From the NCBI GenBank assembly GCA_964372065.1, contig CAYJQA010000002.1:1453-33189 (forward strand): DNA of 31,737 bases. The letters are read 5' to 3'. The notes under the pieces are model-generated. The model was not told where the DNA came from, did no database searches, and saw nothing but the letters and a program-made list of their open reading frames with translations. Numbering within the stretch: the stretch's first letter is position 1; every line of letters starts with the position of its first letter. This document shows positions 18,117 through 26,403 of the stretch, one piece after another. This DNA is from an uncultured Litorilinea sp. (GTDB taxonomy: Bacteria > Chloroflexota > Anaerolineae > Caldilineales > Caldilineaceae). The position numbers and the translations under genes were made by a program.

Positions 18117-18782
18117 CTATCGCTTTCGTACCAGGGTCATCCCGTCGCCGATCGGCACCAGCGTCAGGTCGACGCGCTCATCATCGCGCAGCTGTGTGTT
18201 AAGCTGGCGAATCGCCTTGATGCCGGCATCTTGGCGGGCGGGGTTAATCACACCGCCGCTCAAGAAGACATTGTCAATCACGATCATGCCGCCGGGCCGC
18301 AGCAGCGTCAAACAATGCTCGTAGTATGCTGGGTAGTTCGGCTTGTCGGCGTCGATGAAGGCGAAATCGTAGGAGTCGCGTTGGTCTCCGTCCGCGACCA
18401 GCGCGGACAGGGTATCCAGGGCTGGGGCCAAGCGCAAGTCAATCTTGTGCGCTACACCCGCCGTTTGCCAATTGCGTTGCGCGATGGCCGCCCATTGGGG
18501 ATTGACGTCGCAGGCAATCAGGCGGCCGTCATCGGGCATCGCCAGGGCGACGGCCAGCGCGCTGTAGCCGGTGAACACGCCGACCTCCAGCGCCCGTGTT
18601 GCGCCCAACGTCTTGACCAGAAAGGCCATGAATTGCGCCTGTTCGGGCGCAATCTGGAGCTCAAATTCCGGCATCTTCTCCGCTTCCGCGCGCACGGCGG
18701 CCAGCTTCGGCGGCTCGCGCAGGGAAACATCCAACATGTAAGCGTTCAGCGGGTCTGTCATGCTGATCGTCCGGCTCGCCAT
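18117..18782 (-). CDS. SAM-dependent O-methyltransferase (caffeoyl-CoA OMT-like, Methyltransf_3)
   Basis: LQIAPEQAQF, ALEVGVFTGYS, DFAFIDADKPNY..YYE, LRPGG.IVIDN, VPIGDGMTL. Confidence 0.92.
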   Translation of the reverse strand: MASRTISMTDPLNAYMLDVSLREPPKLAAVRAEAEKMPEFELQIAPEQAQFMAFLVKTLGATRALEVGVFTGYSALAVALAMPDDGRLIACDVNPQWAAIAQRNWQTAGVAHKIDLRLAPALDTLSALVADGDQRDSYDFAFIDADKPNYPAYYEHCLTLLRPGGMIVIDNVFLSGGVINPARQDAGIKAIRQLNTQLRDDERVDLTLVPIGDGMTLVRKR

Positions 18783-18821
18783 ACGGGTCTCTTTCTAGCA
18801 CAAATCGCGTTGCCGACTGCG

Positions 18822-19997
18822 TCACAGGGCAGGCGTGCGGTACAGGACTTGTCCGCTCACCTTGATCTCCACGTCCAACAGGTACTTCGCCAAGCCCGCG
18901 GTGTTGACCGTGAGGCCCAGACCGGGGCGCTCCGGCGCATGAATCTGCCCATCGGCGTCGCGCTCGATGTGGTCCAGCGTGATGTCCAGCGCCAGTTGCT
19001 TCGGCTCGACCGGATATTCGCTGATGACGTCTGCGCGGATGCCTGCAAAGGGCTGGATGGATGCGCTCAGCGCCAGATGCGACGTGAAGGTATGGTTGAC
19101 GTAGGTCACGCCGTGGGCCTGGGCATAGTCAGCGGCGTCTTTGGCGATGGTGATGCCGCCGATACGTCCGGCGTCCACCTGGATATAGCCGATGCCCGCA
19201 TAGTCGATCATGTGCTGGGCCATGTGGAAGTTATGGCTGCCCTCACCGCCCGCCAGCTTAACCGGCCCCGCCAGCGCGGCCAACCGGGCGTACTCCTTGA
19301 GCGCGCCCGACACAAACGGTTCTTCCAGCCAGGTCGCGCGGGCCGTCAGCAGGGACGGAATCCGCAACGCGGCCGCGGCGAAGTCGGTCTTCCACACGGT
19401 CCCGGCGTCGATCAACAGGATACCCTCGTCGCCCAGCCCTTCGCGTGCGGCCATGAAGTGGTCGGCGTCATCCTGTACCGACCCCAGACCGATCGGCCCC
19501 CAGCCAAACTTGGCGGCGACATAGCCCATGGCCCGCGCCGACTTTCCCTTCGCCAGCGTCTCCTGCGGCGTGTCGCCAAAGAGCATCGACGCATAGGGCG
19601 TCTTGGAGTAGGCGGTGGGATAGCCCAGCAGGGCATACACCGGCGCGTTGAGCCGCTTGCCCAGCAGGTCCCACAGCGCCATGTCGATGCCCGACAGCAC
19701 ATGGTCGGTTTGCAGCAGGTCCATGCTCTCGGCGCGCACCAGATCGCCGATGCGCCGGATGTCGGCAATGTCGTCGAGCCGCTTGCCCAAGACGGACGCC
19801 TGCACCGGCTTGCACGCGCTGTGCGACATGGGGCAGACCAGCCCGGCGATCGAGGGCAGCGGAGCGGCCTCACACTCGCCCCACCCCGTATGACCGCCCG
19901 CCGTCACGCGCACAAGCGTCGCGTCTTGGCTGCCGTCGCCCACGTTGAGGATTTCGGGCATGGACAAATAGAAAAAGTCAACGCTATCAATTTGCAT
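18822..19997 (-). CDS. Enolase-superfamily enzyme, mandelate racemase subgroup (probable acid-sugar dehydratase)
   Basis: GWGE, SGIDMALWDLLGK...PVYALLG, metal ligands IDAG/LEEP/GGEG, QVD and NH general-acid pair. Confidence 0.88.
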   Translation of the reverse strand: MQIDSVDFFYLSMPEILNVGDGSQDATLVRVTAGGHTGWGECEAAPLPSIAGLVCPMSHSACKPVQASVLGKRLDDIADIRRIGDLVRAESMDLLQTDHVLSGIDMALWDLLGKRLNAPVYALLGYPTAYSKTPYASMLFGDTPQETLAKGKSARAMGYVAAKFGWGPIGLGSVQDDADHFMAAREGLGDEGILLIDAGTVWKTDFAAAALRIPSLLTARATWLEEPFVSGALKEYARLAALAGPVKLAGGEGSHNFHMAQHMIDYAGIGYIQVDAGRIGGITIAKDAADYAQAHGVTYVNHTFTSHLALSASIQPFAGIRADVISEYPVEPKQLALDITLDHIERDADGQIHAPERPGLGLTVNTAGLAKYLLDVEIKVSGQVLYRTPAL

Positions 19998-20090
19998 GGT
20001 CGGTGATGTCCTGGGAAAATCGGCATCTGGTAGATGGCGGCGGATGGTTGCAGCAGCCGGCGGCGCACAGCGTTGGGGGAGCGTTGAGCA

Positions 20091-20387
20091 ATGAACAGCA
20101 CATTTTGGGGCCTGCCGGTAGAAGTCTGGGTGGGTCTATGTTTGGCAGTCGCGGCCTTCTACACCATGCTGTGGCCGCGGCCCCTGCGGGGCGAGCAGCG
20201 ATCCCTGTGGACGGCTTCCGTCCTGCGCTGGGGCCATGCGCTGGTCTGGGTACTGCTGGCGGCGGCGTTCCTCGCCTACCGCTTCTTCGGGCTGCTGCCC
20301 GCCCAGCTTCTCGGCCTGAGCGGGCTTGCGCTCTACATCGTCTTCATGGCGACCCTACTGCGCCGCCGGGCCAAGCCACGCGCCTAG
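20091..20387 (+). CDS. Small hypothetical membrane protein (3 TM)
   Basis: Three hydrophobic segments, basic C-terminus, SD GGGGAG; fills the gap between minus-strand genes. Confidence 0.7.
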   Translation: MNSTFWGLPVEVWVGLCLAVAAFYTMLWPRPLRGEQRSLWTASVLRWGHALVWVLLAAAFLAYRFFGLLPAQLLGLSGLALYIVFMATLLRRRAKPRA

Positions 20388-21415
20388 ACGGGCGACAGAT
20401 TGCCCAGGCGCACGGCCTTGGCCTGCGCCGTCAGCGCCAGTTCCGAGGCGCGGAAACAGTGCGCCTGGCTCATGGCCGTCTCGGTCCGGTGCAGGATGTC
20501 ATAGGACAACTGGCGGCCATAGGGCAGTTCCACTTGCGAGCAGTCAATGTACCGCGTGCTCTTGCTGTCCACCAAGAAGAGATGGTCGCTGCCCGGTCGT
20601 CCGGCGATGTCGATGTTTTTGCGGACCTCGATGTAGCCGTCCGTGCCGATGACCGTCAAGCGCGTGTCGCCCCACGTAGCCAGCCCCTCCGGCGTGAACC
20701 AGTCCACGCGCACATAGCCCGTGCAGGTGGGCGCGCGGAACAGAATTTCGCCAAAGTCCTCAAACTCCGGATACTGGGGATGGTGGCGGTTAGCCACGGT
20801 CGCGGCGACAACCTCGACGTCGGTCGCCTGGGTGAAGCTCAAGAACTGGTCGCACTGGTGCGCGGCGATGTCGGTGAGGATGCCGCCAAACTTGGCCCGC
20901 TCGAAGAACCACGGGGCGCGCGTAGGGAAGCGCCGCAGGTGCGGCCCCAGCCCCACCGTGTTGACCACCTGCCCAATCGCGCCGTCCAGCACCAGTTGTA
21001 GCGCCTGGGTCGTGGCGCGGTTCTCCATCCGCTCGCCAAAGTCGATCGAGTAGATGCGCCCGGTCTCGGCCTGGACGCGGCGTACTTCGGCCAGTTGCTC
21101 AAAGGTCGTGACGCCCGGCTTGTCGCTCATGAAGTCTTTGCCGTGGCGCATGGCCTGTACGGCGATCCCGGCGCGCTCGCTCGGCACCCCGGCGGTGAGG
21201 ATGAGCTGGATCGACGGGTCTTCCAGGATTTCTGCGGCGCTGGAGGCGGCCTTGCCCTGCGGATAGGCCTTGGCAAAGTCGGCCTGCTGCTTGGGGTCGG
21301 CGGTGATGTAGCTGACCAGCGTCGCACCCGCGTTAAGCATCAAGCTTGTCTGCGAGTTGATGTGCGGGTGGTCCATCCCGATCACGCCAAAGCGGATCGA
21401 CGGTTGTGTACTCAT
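20384..21415 (-). CDS. Gfo/Idh/MocA family oxidoreductase
   Basis: RFGVIGMDHPH, GKDFMSDKPG, GGILTDIAAHQ, VRVDWFTP. ATGA overlap with the upstream SDR; SD AGGGAG. Confidence 0.9.
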   Translation of the reverse strand: MSTQPSIRFGVIGMDHPHINSQTSLMLNAGATLVSYITADPKQQADFAKAYPQGKAASSAAEILEDPSIQLILTAGVPSERAGIAVQAMRHGKDFMSDKPGVTTFEQLAEVRRVQAETGRIYSIDFGERMENRATTQALQLVLDGAIGQVVNTVGLGPHLRRFPTRAPWFFERAKFGGILTDIAAHQCDQFLSFTQATDVEVVAATVANRHHPQYPEFEDFGEILFRAPTCTGYVRVDWFTPEGLATWGDTRLTVIGTDGYIEVRKNIDIAGRPGSDHLFLVDSKSTRYIDCSQVELPYGRQLSYDILHRTETAMSQAHCFRASELALTAQAKAVRLGNLSPV

Positions 21416-22200
21416 GGCGTATCTCCCTTGGATCGGTTGTACTCGTGATACCAACGTTCGCCGTCATGCATCCCAGTCGCAAACAGCCGGAAGGCATCGT
21501 CCACCGGGGCGTAACCGACTACGTCGCGGGTGTTGGTGATGTCCATCCGCTTGAAGCGATTGTCGGAAACGGCCTGCACAATGGCAAATTGCACGCCTTC
21601 CGTCTCGATACACTGCACGAAAAGGTGGGTCAGATCGCGCTTGGAGACAAACGCGCTCAACGTGCGCGCATCCGGGTGCTCGTGGACCCGATTGCCCTCA
21701 AATGCGCCGATGCGTACCGCCACGGTGGAGAGGCCCTCGGCATAGGCAAAGTAGTGGCCCAGCGCCTCGCCAAACGCCTTGCCCACGGCGTAGAGGTTCA
21801 TGGGCTTGACGGGGTCATATGCCTTGGGCTGCACGTCCAGCGGATAGCCCTCGATGACCTGGACGCTGCTGGCAAAGATAACCCGGCGGCAACCCTGATC
21901 CTTCGCCGCACGAAAGATGTTGAACACAGCCTTGATGTTGTTGTCCAGCAGCGATCCATAGAAATCGGCGCGCGTCGACGGGTCCGCCGCCAGGTGCAGC
22001 ACCGTGTCCATCCCTTCGCACACGGCATAGCAGGCCGCCAGGTCGGACAGATCCGCCTGGATCGCCTCATAGGGGCCGGGGTCGCCGATCTTGTCCAGGT
22101 CCCGGTCCACCAGGCGCAGATCGTAGCGGTCGCCGACCAGGCTGCGAAAGGCCGTGCCCACCCGGCCCCCTGCGCCGGTCAAAAGAACTCGACGTGCCAT
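21412..22200 (-). CDS. NAD-dependent SDR, uronate dehydrogenase (Udh)-like
   Basis: VLLTGAGGRVG, VLHLAA, VIFASS, YxxxK (YAVGK), VAVRIG, VSDN, GYAPVD. Its 262-aa length and layout fit the Udh-like group better than full-length epimerases. Confidence 0.8.
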   Translation of the reverse strand: MARRVLLTGAGGRVGTAFRSLVGDRYDLRLVDRDLDKIGDPGPYEAIQADLSDLAACYAVCEGMDTVLHLAADPSTRADFYGSLLDNNIKAVFNIFRAAKDQGCRRVIFASSVQVIEGYPLDVQPKAYDPVKPMNLYAVGKAFGEALGHYFAYAEGLSTVAVRIGAFEGNRVHEHPDARTLSAFVSKRDLTHLFVQCIETEGVQFAIVQAVSDNRFKRMDITNTRDVVGYAPVDDAFRLFATGMHDGERWYHEYNRSKGDTP

Positions 22201-22234
22201 GCGCTTCCCGTTCTAGCGCCCATGTTTGGGCGGC

Positions 22235-23206
22235 TTAGGTGTATACCGGCAGGTCCGGCGCGATGAGCCGGTTGGCGAGCGTGACGCCCGGCGGCACACG
22301 CGCGCCCGTGAGGGCCATCACATCGGCTAACTGCGCGTGCTCGCCCACACAGACGCCGCGCTCCAGGTAGACCCGCGGGCCGATGGTCGCGTGTGGGCCG
22401 ATACATACCCCGTCTTCGACTACCACGGGCGGGCAGAAGGTGACGGACGCATGGGCCTCCGTGGTCGCCACGACCCATTGGTCGGGCGTCTGCGCCAGAA
22501 AATCCAGGTTGAGCGCCAGCAGGTCGGCGGCGTCCGTCACTTGGCGGCGCTCCGCAGTGATGACTCCCAGCACCGCGCCGGTCTCCTCGATCAGCATTTG
22601 GATCGCGTCTTGCAACTCGTACTCACCGCGTGGCGACGGCTGCACGCGCGGCAGCACATCCAGCACGGCGCGGTCAAAGACATAGAGGGGCAGGCTCGAA
22701 ATGTTGGAGGGAGCATCGGCGGGGCGCGGCTTTTCCACAATGCGGCGCACAAAGGGCGGCTCCCACACGACGACGCCCGTGCGGGGGGCCAGGGCAATGT
22801 CGATGGGCATGAGGCTGAGGACCGCAGCCGCAGCGTGCCGCGCCTGGAGGGCGATCAGGTCGCCCACGTGCTCGGGCGCGACCAGGTTGTCGCACGCCGA
22901 CAGCACAAACGGGCCGGTCAGCAGCGGCGCGGCCTGCCTCAGCGCATGGGCCATCCCCAGCCGCTCCGTCTGCGCCACATAGCGCACCCGCACGCCCCAC
23001 GCGTTGCCGTCGCCAAAATAGCCGCGGATCGCCGCGTCGTCCGGGCTGACGACCATCACCAGGTCATCCACGCCGTTAACTGTGAGCGTATCCACCACGC
23101 GGCCCACCAAGGGCTTGCCCGCGACCGGCGACATAGCCTTGGTGCGCGTTTGCGTCAAGGGCCGGAGCCGCGTACCTTTGCCCGCGGCCAGGACTACACC
23201 CTGCAC
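22235..23206 (-). CDS. Sugar-1-phosphate nucleotidyltransferase (RmlA/long-form type with hexapeptide-like C-terminus)
   Basis: LAAGKGTRLRPLT, Q.ERLG.AHA, CDN, VEKP, PSPRGEYELQDAIQ. Confidence 0.9.
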   Translation of the reverse strand: MQGVVLAAGKGTRLRPLTQTRTKAMSPVAGKPLVGRVVDTLTVNGVDDLVMVVSPDDAAIRGYFGDGNAWGVRVRYVAQTERLGMAHALRQAAPLLTGPFVLSACDNLVAPEHVGDLIALQARHAAAAVLSLMPIDIALAPRTGVVVWEPPFVRRIVEKPRPADAPSNISSLPLYVFDRAVLDVLPRVQPSPRGEYELQDAIQMLIEETGAVLGVITAERRQVTDAADLLALNLDFLAQTPDQWVVATTEAHASVTFCPPVVVEDGVCIGPHATIGPRVYLERGVCVGEHAQLADVMALTGARVPPGVTLANRLIAPDLPVYT

Positions 23207-23212
23207 CCGGAC

Positions 23213-24502
23213 CTAGCCTTCCACCGGCGCGGGCAGCAGCGCGGCACGGCCATCGGGCCGGCAGAGGTGAATGCTGTACTTGTCCGCGATCTCCGGGTGC
23301 GCCGTGGGATAGCGGCGATGCACCGCCTCGGCGATTGCGCCGAACGCCGCCGGGTCGATCAGCGCCAGGCAGTTGCCGCGGAAGCCTGCGCCGCTAAAGC
23401 GCGTGCCCAGCACGCCGGGCGTCTGCGCCAGGATCTCGTACAGCGTGACCAACTGCGGACTGCCGCATTCGTAGCACTTGATGGAGCTTTCGCCCGACGC
23501 CGTGACCAAGCGCCCCATCTCGGCCAAGTCACCCCGCTGCCAGGCTGCGACGCCCTGTTCGACGCGCGCCATTTCGCCAAAGAAGTGCTTGGCTCGTTTG
23601 GCCAACGGTGCGTCGAGCGTATGTCCGTAATCGGCAAAGAGGCCGGGGTCGACATGGCGCAGACGCACCTCCGCCGGGAGCGGCCGCCCACCGCGGTCCA
23701 ACAGGGTCGCCGCCGCGTCGCGGCATTGAGCGACCCGGCTGTTGTAGTCGGTCCCCGTCAGGGCATGGGTGACGCCGGAATAAACGACCAACACGCCAAA
23801 GCGGTCGCGCAGGTCGGCGGGGGCCAGCGCCGTGGGTACATTGTCCACTTCGACGGAAGCGCAGTCGATGCGCGTCAAATGGTCGTGGCGGCTGTACAGA
23901 ATGACCGACTGGTCCAGGATGCCGTTGTTCAAGCCAATGTAGCGGTTTTCCGTGTACCGGCAATGGTCCACGTTCTCGCGCTCGTCCACGCTCAGGTCGT
24001 TGGCCGCCTCCAGCGCCAGCAGATAGGCCACCGTCACCGCCGCCGACGAGCTTAGTCCGCCGATGGGCATACTTCCGCCCACCACCCCGATCAGCCCACG
24101 GCGCAGCGCGTGACGCTGCTGCAGGGCCAGCACGGCCCCGCGCACATAGTTGGCCCACTCGCCTTTCTGGAAGGGCGGCACCGCGTCCAGCACAAACGCC
24201 GCGGGCTGGGCGAAGTCCAGGCTTTCCAGTTCCACGCGGCCATCGTCCGTGGGCACAAAGGCGAGCAGGATCGACCGGTCAATGGTCATGCCGGTGACAA
24301 TGCCCAGTTGGTGGTCGATGTGCGCGCCCAACGGCGAAATCCGCAGCGGCGCACGGACCACACGGATGCGCGCCGGGTCAACGCCGGGACGCTCCAGCAA
24401 ACGTCTACGCAATGGCGCGACCTGTTCGTCCTCGGTGTGCGGTTGCACAATGGGCGGCGCGCCGGCAAGTGAGGAGAGGGTAGAGCCGGACGTAAGTGCC
24501 AT
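23213..24502 (-). CDS. GHMP sugar kinase, plant galacturonokinase (GalAK)-like
   Basis: RISPLGAHIDHQ, GLSSSAAV.VAYLLALE.AN, NGILDQS, YN.RV, SGESS..YECG, RFSGAGFRG. 429 aa from ATG 24502, SD GAGGGG. Confidence 0.82.
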   Translation of the reverse strand: MALTSGSTLSSLAGAPPIVQPHTEDEQVAPLRRRLLERPGVDPARIRVVRAPLRISPLGAHIDHQLGIVTGMTIDRSILLAFVPTDDGRVELESLDFAQPAAFVLDAVPPFQKGEWANYVRGAVLALQQRHALRRGLIGVVGGSMPIGGLSSSAAVTVAYLLALEAANDLSVDERENVDHCRYTENRYIGLNNGILDQSVILYSRHDHLTRIDCASVEVDNVPTALAPADLRDRFGVLVVYSGVTHALTGTDYNSRVAQCRDAAATLLDRGGRPLPAEVRLRHVDPGLFADYGHTLDAPLAKRAKHFFGEMARVEQGVAAWQRGDLAEMGRLVTASGESSIKCYECGSPQLVTLYEILAQTPGVLGTRFSGAGFRGNCLALIDPAAFGAIAEAVHRRYPTAHPEIADKYSIHLCRPDGRAALLPAPVEG

Positions 24503-24590
24503 GCAGAATGAACCCCTCGCGATACGCTGAAGCCGCCGCAGCAGCCATCCCCGCGCATTGGCGCGTCGAAGTGAATGGTCGGGCAGCGCG

Positions 24591-24599
24591 TGGTACAAT
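24591..24599 (+). promoter_or_regulatory. Extended -10 element in the kinase/AKR divergent region
   Basis: TGGTACAAT = TGn-TACAAT, oriented toward the AKR gene; no good -35. Confidence 0.45.
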
Positions 24600-24741
24600 G
24601 ACACCATTCTACTCGATGCCAAGGTGACACAAAAATCGACGCGACAATTCTATAGCTGCGTGTCGAGTGCGTCTGACAACTGGTGACCGCGCGGCGTCTC
24701 ATGTACCGCCCGGTCGCCCCATCACAGCGGAGATACTCCTC

Positions 24742-25689
24742 ATGCGTTACGTACCCCTCGGCCAATCCGGCCTCCAGGTCTCGCAAGTCGCCTACGGCTG
24801 TATGAGCCTCACGCCCGACCGCCGCGATGCGGGCATCCAGGCCGTCGCCCGCGCCTGGGAGTTGGGCATCAACTTCTACGATACGGCGGACGTCTACCGT
24901 CGGGGCGTGTCGGAATTTATCCTCGGCGACGCGCTGCGGCGCGCGGCGATTCCGCGCGACCAAGTTGTCATCGCGTCCAAGTGCGGTATCATCTTCAAGG
25001 GCAGCCACCCCGACTATGCGTACAAAGCCTACGACCTATCAGGCGACTATCTGAAGCGATCCTGCGAAGGCTCGCTCAAGCGGCTGGGCATGGAGTATAT
25101 TGACCTCTATCAGCCGCACCGCATCGACTATCTGACCCATCCGCAGGAGACGGCCCGCGCCCTGGAAGACCTCATCCGCGAGGGCAAAGTGCGCCATGCC
25201 GGTATCAGCAACCACACCGCCGACGAGATTCGCGCGCTGTCGGCCTACATCCGGCTGGAGTCACTACAGACGCAGTTCAGTCTCCTCCACCTGGAGCCGC
25301 TGGAAACGGGGCTGGCCCCGGTCTGTTTGGAAAAGCAGATGGCGATGTTATGTTGGAGTCCGCTGCACGTGGCGGTCCTGTCCGGCGTGGACAAACCGGC
25401 CCACGATGACTGGCAGCGCCAGCGTGAAGTAGGCGCGGTGGCGCAACTCGCCAAGTTCGCCGCGGCCTATGGCGTCACGCTCTCGCAACTGGCGCTGGCG
25501 TGGCTCATGCAATTGCCCGGCAGCGTGATTCCGCTGGTGGGCACGGCCAATGCGGCCCACATCGCCGAAGCGGCGGCAGCCGTCGACGTGACCCTGACCC
25601 GCGACGACTGGTACGAAATGATGGTCATCGGCCGCGGCCGCCCCATGCCCTGGGGCCAGCGACCGTACATGTATATCAAGGATCGATAG
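24742..25689 (+). CDS. Aldo/keto reductase
   Basis: VSQVAYGCM, INFYDTADVY, IASKCG, SLKRLGMEYIDLYQPHR, GKVRHAGISN, QLALAWL, PLVGT. SD GGAGA. Confidence 0.92.
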   Translation: MRYVPLGQSGLQVSQVAYGCMSLTPDRRDAGIQAVARAWELGINFYDTADVYRRGVSEFILGDALRRAAIPRDQVVIASKCGIIFKGSHPDYAYKAYDLSGDYLKRSCEGSLKRLGMEYIDLYQPHRIDYLTHPQETARALEDLIREGKVRHAGISNHTADEIRALSAYIRLESLQTQFSLLHLEPLETGLAPVCLEKQMAMLCWSPLHVAVLSGVDKPAHDDWQRQREVGAVAQLAKFAAAYGVTLSQLALAWLMQLPGSVIPLVGTANAAHIAEAAAAVDVTLTRDDWYEMMVIGRGRPMPWGQRPYMYIKDR

Positions 25690-25749
25690 ACAGCTAAGTT
25701 TGGTCGAGGAATCAGGCCGGCAGTTGGGCCACGAGTGAGGGAGGAATCG

Positions 25750-26376
25750 GTGAAAACGGTGCTATGTTTTGGCGACTCCAATACGTGGGGCGCCAACCCA
25801 GCCACGTCAGGACGCTTTCCCCGTGAGGGCGCTTGGCCGGCCGTCTTGCGTGACGCGCTGGGCGCAGGCTATTGGGTGATTGACGAGGGTCTGCCGGGCC
25901 GCACGACAGTCTGGGACGACCCCATCGAAGGCTACAAGAACGGCAGGGACTACCTGGTCCCATGCCTCAACAGCCATAACCCCATCGACCTGGTGATCAT
26001 CCTGCTGGGCACGAACGACCTCAAGAAACGTTTCTCCGTCTCGGCCTATGACATCGCCAACAGCGCCGGGGTGCTGGTCGACATCGTCCAGAAGAGTGAC
26101 GCCGGGCCGGACGGCGCGCCGCCGCAAGTCCTACTCATGGCCCCGCCCAAACTGGCTCCCCTGACCGAATATCGCTGGATGTTTGAGGGCGGCGAAGAGA
26201 AGTCCACCCGCCTTGGCGTCGAGTATGCCCGCGTCGCCGCGCTCAAGGGCTGCCACTATCTCGACGCGGGGACGGTGATTGTCTCCAGCCCGCTGGACGG
26301 CATCCACTTTGCGCTGGAGGAACACGCCAAGTTGGGCCGCACCGTCGCGGCCCGCGTGCACGACATTTTGGGATAG
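25750..26376 (+). CDS. SGNH/GDSL hydrolase (arylesterase/acetyl-esterase-like)
   Basis: Block I FGDSNTWG, block II EGLPGRTT, block III LGTND, block V DGIH. GTG start with SD GAGGAG. Confidence 0.92.
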   Translation: MKTVLCFGDSNTWGANPATSGRFPREGAWPAVLRDALGAGYWVIDEGLPGRTTVWDDPIEGYKNGRDYLVPCLNSHNPIDLVIILLGTNDLKKRFSVSAYDIANSAGVLVDIVQKSDAGPDGAPPQVLLMAPPKLAPLTEYRWMFEGGEEKSTRLGVEYARVAALKGCHYLDAGTVIVSSPLDGIHFALEEHAKLGRTVAARVHDILG

Positions 26377-26403
26377 CCCGCCCCCCGCGCTGCGGCGCTG
26401 GCT

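Noticed and set aside
18048-20006. 652-aa + strand ORF (also 22337-24055, 16361-17857, 12835-14298, 896-1963, 28590-29738 and similar)
   Set aside because: Antisense shadows of well-supported genes, expected in high-GC DNA; no recognisable motifs or SD.
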